From: Sphingomonadaceae bacterium
GTDB lineage: Bacteria > Chloroflexota > UBA6077
DNA: 41,537 bases
Direction of reading: 5' to 3'
Assembly: GCA_050261575.1 (NCBI GenBank)
Contig: JBLNDL010000075.1
Coordinates: 1-41,537, forward strand
Shown: piece by piece, positions 36,781-41,537 of the stretch
How positions within the stretch are numbered: position 1 is the stretch's first letter
Layout: each line of letters begins with the position of its first letter
Translations under genes and position numbers: made by a program
Notes under the pieces: model-generated
Told to the model about the DNA's origin: nothing
The model's input: the letters and a program-made list of their open reading frames with translations, nothing else
Database searches by the model: none

Positions 36781-36818
36781 TCACCAATGCTGGTGATGCG
36801 GGGGAATAGACGGGGCTG
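36781..36818 (+). promoter_or_regulatory. Candidate ANTAR target RNA (dual hexaloop hairpins)
   Basis: P1 TCACC-AATGCT-GGTGA, 10-nt linker, P2 TAG-ACGGGG-CTG. Both loops have A1 and G4. Confidence 0.55.
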
Positions 36819-36821
36819 ACG

Positions 36822-36869
36822 AAGGGCTCTGTGGTCTCCTCTGGCGGGAGGCGCAGAGCCCTTTTTGTT
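36822..36869 (+). terminator. Intrinsic terminator (attenuator) inside the rex operon leader
   Basis: AAGGGCTCTGT-G-GTCTCCT-CTGGC-GGGAGGC-GCAGAGCCC-TTTTTGTT, downstream of the promoter and upstream of rex. Confidence 0.85.
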
Positions 36870-37092
36870 GGCCCGGTTCGTGCGCGTCTTCACGAAGCCA
36901 TCCGTGCAGTGGCTCACGGGTACGTGGAAAGGGACCGTTCCGTGAACGGTAGCGGCACAGCGCGGAGGATCCGATGAAGGCGCTTTTCTATGTGCAAGTC
37001 TGTGCAGCACTTCACAGATATGTTTGTGCAGGTCTTCACAGAATGCCCTCTCGGACCGAACCCGGGTGGGCGACGCCGCATGGAGGTGAACG

Positions 37093-37794
37093 GTGAGAGT
37101 CCCGCACATCTCCCCGGCAACCGTTGCACGGCTTCCCATCTACATCCAGGGCCTCGAGAGACTGCTGCAACTCGGCGTCCGACTCGCCTCCTCGCAACGT
37201 CTCGCCCACGTCACGGGCATCGAGGCCGCCCAGATCCGAAGGGACCTCTCCTATCTCGGCGCCTTCGGGACACCGGGTGTCGGCTATGACGTTCCCGGCC
37301 TCCACCACGAGCTGTCCCACTACCTCGGCATCTCCCAGGTCTGCCCTATCGCTCTGGTGGGCTACGGCAACCTCGGCTCGGCCCTCGCCAGTTCCAGCGC
37401 CCTGCGGGAACGCAACTTCCACATCGCCGCCATCTTCGACGTCGCCCCGGACAAGGTCGGCAAGGCGGTCGGCGGCCTGCTGATCGAGCCGCCCTCCAGG
37501 ATCACATCAGTCATCAGGGATCTCGGCATCGAGATCGCCGTCCTGGCCACGCCCCCAGACGCAGCTCAGGAGCTCGCGGGGCGTCTGGTTGAGGCCGGCG
37601 TCACCGCCATCCTCAACTTCGCACCCGTCACCCTGAGGGTCCCACCGCACGTCTCCGTCAGAAACATCGACGTCGCCGCGGAGATGCAGATCCTCTCCTT
37701 TGCTGAACGTATGAAGCACGCCCAGCCCCCGGCTTTCGGCGCCAGGCGCGCCGTTCGGAAGCATTTGGGCAGACAGTTGAAGGAGAAGCACTGA
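37093..37794 (+). CDS. rex: Redox-sensing transcriptional repressor Rex
   Basis: ATVARLPIY, QIRRDLSYLGAFGTPGVGYDV, LVGYGNLGSAL, AILNFAP. RBS GGAGGTG. Confidence 0.97.
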   Translation: MRVPHISPATVARLPIYIQGLERLLQLGVRLASSQRLAHVTGIEAAQIRRDLSYLGAFGTPGVGYDVPGLHHELSHYLGISQVCPIALVGYGNLGSALASSSALRERNFHIAAIFDVAPDKVGKAVGGLLIEPPSRITSVIRDLGIEIAVLATPPDAAQELAGRLVEAGVTAILNFAPVTLRVPPHVSVRNIDVAAEMQILSFAERMKHAQPPAFGARRAVRKHLGRQLKEKH

Positions 37795-38183
37795 TGCGAA
37801 TGGCCGAGATCGCCCGGCTGCTGAATGCCAGATCTCTGTCTCTCCCGAATGGCGGCGGACCCGACGTGCAATCGGCCTTCGCCTCCGATCTGATGAGCGA
37901 CGTTCTCGCCCTATCCAGACCGGGGTCCCTGCTCCTGACCGGCCTCACCAATCCCCAGGTCGTCAGGACATCGGAGGTCGCAGGGGTGGCAGCGATCGTC
38001 TTCGTTCGCGGCAAGCACGTCCCACCCGAAACGGAGCGGCTGGCCCGAGAGGCGGGCATCCCGTTGGTGGAAACCCCGCTCACCCTCTTCGAGGCGTGCG
38101 GACGGCTCTACAGCGCGGGCCTCAGGGGGTGCGACCCCGCCAGCTACTCCACACTTCCCGCTGAGCGCGAGGTCCAGAGGTGA
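37794..38183 (+). CDS. DRTGG domain protein
   Basis: FASDLMSDVLA...LLLTGLTNPQVVRTSEV...FVRGK...FEACGRLY. Confidence 0.9.
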   Translation: MRMAEIARLLNARSLSLPNGGGPDVQSAFASDLMSDVLALSRPGSLLLTGLTNPQVVRTSEVAGVAAIVFVRGKHVPPETERLAREAGIPLVETPLTLFEACGRLYSAGLRGCDPASYSTLPAEREVQR

Positions 38184-39289
38184 AAGCCATCAAGGTCGGA
38201 CATTACCGAGCCTCGGAATCGGAACTGACCAAGATCCAGGAACTGATGTACGAACTCCGGGTCGAGGAGATCATGACGCGACCCGTCTTCACGATTCGGC
38301 CCGACGTATCGATGAGGCAGGCCAAGGAGGTGATGCGCTTCCGGCGCATCTCCGGACTGCCGGTCGTCGAGGGCAGCGCCATGGTCGGCATCGTCAGCGT
38401 GGAAGATGTAATCAGGTGGTTGGAGCACGGGGCCCGAGATGCGGCAGTCCGCGACTGGATGACCACACGAGTCTACACCGTCCGGAGCCACGAGCCAGCG
38501 GTTCAAGCCATCAACAGATTCAGCTCCTACAAGGTGGGTCGCCTTCCCGTCCTGGATCGCCAAGGGGAGCTGGTGGGGATCGTCACCCCCGGCGACGTCA
38601 TCAACCAGGTCCTGCGGATCCTGGACACCCTCTATCGGGAACAGGAGAGCCACCGCCCCCGCGTCGGCTGTACCCTCCGCGATCTGGTGTCCGACACCAC
38701 CACCGTGACCCTCCGCTTCGAGGTTCCGGCCGGCGATTTCCAGCGGGCCGGGGCTGCCGCCACTCGGGTCAAGCGGATACTCGACGGCCTCGGGGTCGAT
38801 CCGGCCATCGTGCGCCGGGCCGGAATCGCCGCCTACGAGGCGGAGATGAACCTGGTGATGCACACCTCCCATGGGGGGCGGCTGGTCGTCGAGATCGATC
38901 CACAACGGCTGCTGGTCCAGGCGCAGGACGACGGCCCGGGCATCGAGAGCGTGGAGCAGGCCCTCACCCCCGGGTTCTCCACCGCGCCAGATTGGATCAG
39001 GGAACTCGGCTTCGGGGCAGGCATGGGCCTCGACAACATCCGGAGGTGCGCGGATCACTTCTCTATCGAGTCCGAGGTCGGCAGGGGAACGACGGTGCGC
39101 GCCACGATCGCGGTGGACACCCCGAAGGATGCCGCAACCGGCGGAGGACACCGTCCGGACTGGAGCCCACAGCAGTCGGGGGTGGGGATCGAGGTGGGAA
39201 GCCAGCTAGCGGGTGGGTCCCAGGCAGGTGAGGTGGCCGCCAGTTACTGGAGGTCGCTGCAGGGCTCGGCGTGCCTCGGTCAGGCATAG
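38180..39289 (+). CDS. Tandem CBS domains fused to an RsbT-like anti-sigma/Ser-Thr kinase (HATPase_c)
   Basis: CBS pair (ISGLPVV, VGRLPVL), then DFQRAGAAA, AYEAEMNLVMH, DDGPGI, GFSTA, GFGAGMGLDNI, ESEVGRGT. Confidence 0.9.
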   Translation: MKAIKVGHYRASESELTKIQELMYELRVEEIMTRPVFTIRPDVSMRQAKEVMRFRRISGLPVVEGSAMVGIVSVEDVIRWLEHGARDAAVRDWMTTRVYTVRSHEPAVQAINRFSSYKVGRLPVLDRQGELVGIVTPGDVINQVLRILDTLYREQESHRPRVGCTLRDLVSDTTTVTLRFEVPAGDFQRAGAAATRVKRILDGLGVDPAIVRRAGIAAYEAEMNLVMHTSHGGRLVVEIDPQRLLVQAQDDGPGIESVEQALTPGFSTAPDWIRELGFGAGMGLDNIRRCADHFSIESEVGRGTTVRATIAVDTPKDAATGGGHRPDWSPQQSGVGIEVGSQLAGGSQAGEVAASYWRSLQGSACLGQA

Positions 39290-39357
39290 AGGGGAGGCTG
39301 GCGGACCACACCTGGCGCCTCCAGGCATCGGAAGGCGAGTCCAGTTCGGGAGGAAAC

Positions 39358-39708
39358 ATGGTTACCGTGAGGGATGTGGTGGAGAGGCTGCCGGTCAAGG
39401 TTGTGGCGGGGGATAGACGGCTCAGCCGGGAGATCACCAGCGGCTACGTGGGGGACCTCCTCAGCCTGGTGATGGCGCGAGCCCCCTTCGGCAGTGTCTG
39501 GGTAACGGTCCAGGGCCACCCCAACGTCGTTGCCGTGGCCGTCCTGGTGGGGATCTCCGCCATCATCGTGTCGGAGGGGGCGAGGATCGACGCCGCCACG
39601 CTGGAGAAGGCGGACCAGGAGGGCATTCCTATCCTGTCGAGCGCGGCCACCTCCTACGACCTGGTTGCCGAGTTGTCCGGCCTGGGGCTGAAGGGCGCCC
39701 CGCTCTGA
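39358..39708 (+). CDS. DRTGG domain protein
   Basis: GYVGDLLSLVMA...WVTVQGHPNVVAVA...KADQEGIPIL. ATG 39358 after GGAGG. Confidence 0.9.
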   Translation: MVTVRDVVERLPVKVVAGDRRLSREITSGYVGDLLSLVMARAPFGSVWVTVQGHPNVVAVAVLVGISAIIVSEGARIDAATLEKADQEGIPILSSAATSYDLVAELSGLGLKGAPL

Positions 39709-39928
39709 GTTCTTCGGCGCCACGCCCGGCGCGCGCTCGCACGCCCAGAGTGAAGGGGACGCCACCAGGTGCGAGGCAGGTAACGCACCGCACGGCATCA
39801 CTCTCCCAGAGTCGACGGTGAGCAGGGATGCGGGACGGAGCGGCAAGCGGCAGGGGCGTCCCGGGAAAGCGCCCCCAAGGGCAAACGGGGCGATCGCCCC
39901 GATGCCGACGCTAATGGAGGACGGGCTC

Positions 39929-40408
39929 ATGAACACGATCGCATCGGAGCATCTCGATCTCAGACGGGTAGACGCGATCCTGGAGGGCAGGAAGGCAGAG
40001 AAGGGAGCCATCATCCCGATCCTCCAGGAGGTTCAGGAGGCCTACGGTTACCTGCCTAGGGAGGCGCTGGCTCGCATCGCGGACTCGATAGGGGTTCCAT
40101 TCAGCCGAGTCTACGGAGTCGCCACCTTCTACTCCCAGTTCTACCTCACCCGCAGAGGCAAGAACGTGATCAAGGTGTGCGACGGGACCGCCTGCCACGT
40201 TCGGGGCGCGACCCACAACATCAACACCCTTCGCCATCACCTGGGGGTCGAGCCTGGCCAGACCACGGAGGACTACCAGTTCACCTACGAGGTGGTCTAC
40301 TGCCTGGGGGCCTGCGCACTCGGCCCGGTCGCCGTCGTGAACGGACAGGTGAAGGGGAAGTGTACCGCGGAACGGATGCACAGGATCGTGGAGGAGTTGA
40401 GGGCTTAG
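39929..40408 (+). CDS. NuoE/HydC-like 2Fe-2S subunit
   Basis: IPILQEVQEAYGYLP, VATFYSQF, CDGTAC, CLGAC. ATG 39929 after GGAGG. Confidence 0.93.
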   Translation: MNTIASEHLDLRRVDAILEGRKAEKGAIIPILQEVQEAYGYLPREALARIADSIGVPFSRVYGVATFYSQFYLTRRGKNVIKVCDGTACHVRGATHNINTLRHHLGVEPGQTTEDYQFTYEVVYCLGACALGPVAVVNGQVKGKCTAERMHRIVEELRA

Positions 40409-40419
40409 AGGAGGAACCG

Positions 40420-40794
40420 ATGCCTAGGTTGGGCAGTCTGGAGGAGCTGAGGCGGCTGAAAGAGGAAGCCCAGAGGGTGATCAAGGTCCGGGGCGACACC
40501 GGCACCCGGATCACCGTGGGAATGGGCACCTGCGGCATCGCCGCCGGAGCCCGGGAGACGATGCATGCCATCATGCGGGAACTCGAAGTGCGCAACATAG
40601 AAGCGAACGTCGTCACCGTGGGCTGCATAGGGCTGTGCGCGCAGGAGCCGCTGGTCGACATCGAGCAGGCCGGGGCCCCGCGAGTCACCTATGGCAAGGT
40701 GACATCGGACATGGTCCCTACCCTGATCAACGAGCACCTGGTCAACGGCCGCATAGTGACGGAGTGGGTAGTGGCGAAGGGTCCCACCATGTAG
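40420..40794 (+). CDS. Thioredoxin-like (2Fe-2S) ferredoxin-domain subunit (HndB/HydD-like)
   Basis: ITVGMGTCGIAAGA, GCIGLCAQEPLV, YGKVT. Confidence 0.9.
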   Translation: MPRLGSLEELRRLKEEAQRVIKVRGDTGTRITVGMGTCGIAAGARETMHAIMRELEVRNIEANVVTVGCIGLCAQEPLVDIEQAGAPRVTYGKVTSDMVPTLINEHLVNGRIVTEWVVAKGPTM

Positions 40795-40803
40795 CGGTCC
40801 CGA

Positions 40804-40861
40804 CCGAGGACTGAGGACAGAGGACTGGGGCCCAGGTGCAGGGCGGGTCTCGGACCCGCCC
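40804..40861. repeat. Heptamer tandem repeat followed by a REP-like palindrome
   Basis: CCGAGGA CTGAGGA CAGAGGA CTGGGGC, then GGGCGGGTC-TCG-GACCCGCCC. Confidence 0.6.
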
Positions 40862-40932
40862 CTTGACCCGGGGCTCGGAACCCATATGCAGGACGCGCTC
40901 AGCATTGCTGAGGAGGATAAGGAGTGCGTGAT

Positions 40933-41537
40933 ATGGCACACCCCTTCTACCGGGCCCATGTTCTGACCTGCGCCGGTAGCGGTTGCAAGGCATCGGGGTC
41001 GGCCCAGGTGATGACCGAACTGGATGCCGAGGTCAGGCGCAGAGGGCTTCAAGATGAGGTGAAGTTGGTTCAGACGGGCTGCCGTGGCTTCTGCGCCATG
41101 GGCCCCGTCATGATGATCTACCCGGAAGGCATCTTCTACTGCCTGGTCCAGCCCGAGGATGTCCCGAAAGTGGTGGAGGAGACCCTCATCAAGGGTCGTC
41201 CCGTGCAGAGACTCCTCTACAGGGAGCCCGAGACGGCCAGGACCCTGCCATTCTACAAGGACATCCCGTTCTACGGCAGGCAGATGCGGATCGCCCTGCG
41301 CAACTGCGGCTTCATCAACCCGGAGGACATCGACGAGTACATCGCCAAGGGCGGCTACGAGGCGCTGGCGAAGGCTCTCTTCGAGATGACACCGGAACAG
41401 ATCATCGACACGGTCGAGAGGGCTGGTCTGCGCGGTCGTGGCGGCGCAGGCTTCCCCACCGCTCTCAAGTGGGACTTCTGCCGCAAGGCCCCAGGCGATG
41501 TCAAGTACGTCATCTGCAACGCCGACGAGGGTGACCC
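40933..41537 (+). CDS. NuoF/HydB-like FMN/NADH-binding subunit with N-terminal 2Fe-2S domain, 5' part
   Basis: Not in the ORF track because it runs off the edge. Manual translation: [18 protein letters not shown]...[11 protein letters not shown]...[10 protein letters not shown]...[12 protein letters not shown]...CNADEGD. Confidence 0.95.
   Translation, partial: MAHPFYRAHVLTCAGSGCKASGSAQVMTELDAEVRRRGLQDEVKLVQTGCRGFCAMGPVMMIYPEGIFYCLVQPEDVPKVVEETLIKGRPVQRLLYREPETARTLPFYKDIPFYGRQMRIALRNCGFINPEDIDEYIAKGGYEALAKALFEMTPEQIIDTVERAGLRGRGGAGFPTALKWDFCRKAPGDVKYVICNADEGD

Larger units (their letters stand above)
36769..37041. promoter_or_regulatory. Five Rex operator-like palindromes
   Basis: CTGTGAACCGTTTCACCA (36769), TCGTGCGCGTCTTCACGA (36878), CCGTGCAGTGGCTCACGG (36902), CTGTGCAGCACTTCACAG (37000), TTGTGCAGGTCTTCACAG (37024), compared with the consensus TTGTGAA-N4-TTCACAA; all lie upstream of rex. 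Confidence 0.8.

Noticed and set aside
36878..37041. Repeated GTG...TCAC motifs as a mini CRISPR array
   Set aside because: The repeats are 18-bp degenerate palindromes with irregular spacing and no cas genes; they fit Rex operators.

Overview
GC-rich bacterial chromosomal window, tentatively Chloroflexota (inferred from gene content only). No rRNA, tRNA, CRISPR array, integrase or transposase was seen. Left part (minus strand): rplS-rnhB-yraN-dac-rluB-cmk-plsC-DUF512-glmS-GT4. It is followed by a helicase-associated-domain protein, an MBL hydrolase, thiE fused in an operon with a CBS/DRTGG pyrophosphatase, and a small winged-helix gene under a c-di-AMP riboswitch. Middle: SRPBCC, rpsO-pnp, dapB-asd-dapA, a truncated polysaccharide deacetylase, a YfhO-like membrane protein, a tungsten-type AOR, two GT2 genes, a Zn-ADH, DoxX and an FAD/Fe-S oxidoreductase. 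Right: a soluble HisKA_2 kinase, an ANTAR response regulator and a TPR protein, then rex-DRTGG-CBS/RsbT-like kinase-DRTGG-hydC/nuoE-2Fe2S-hydB/nuoF (partial). Best leads: (1) the rex operon leader combines a consensus promoter, five Rex boxes, an ANTAR-type hairpin pair and an intrinsic terminator, next to an ANTAR two-component system; (2) an unrecognised 73-nt hairpin element occurs twice, before rluB and before thiE, with G-U-compatible stem changes; (3) a c-di-AMP riboswitch drives an orphan wHTH gene; (4) a ~230-nt structured intergenic element. All calls come from manual reading; no searches were run.
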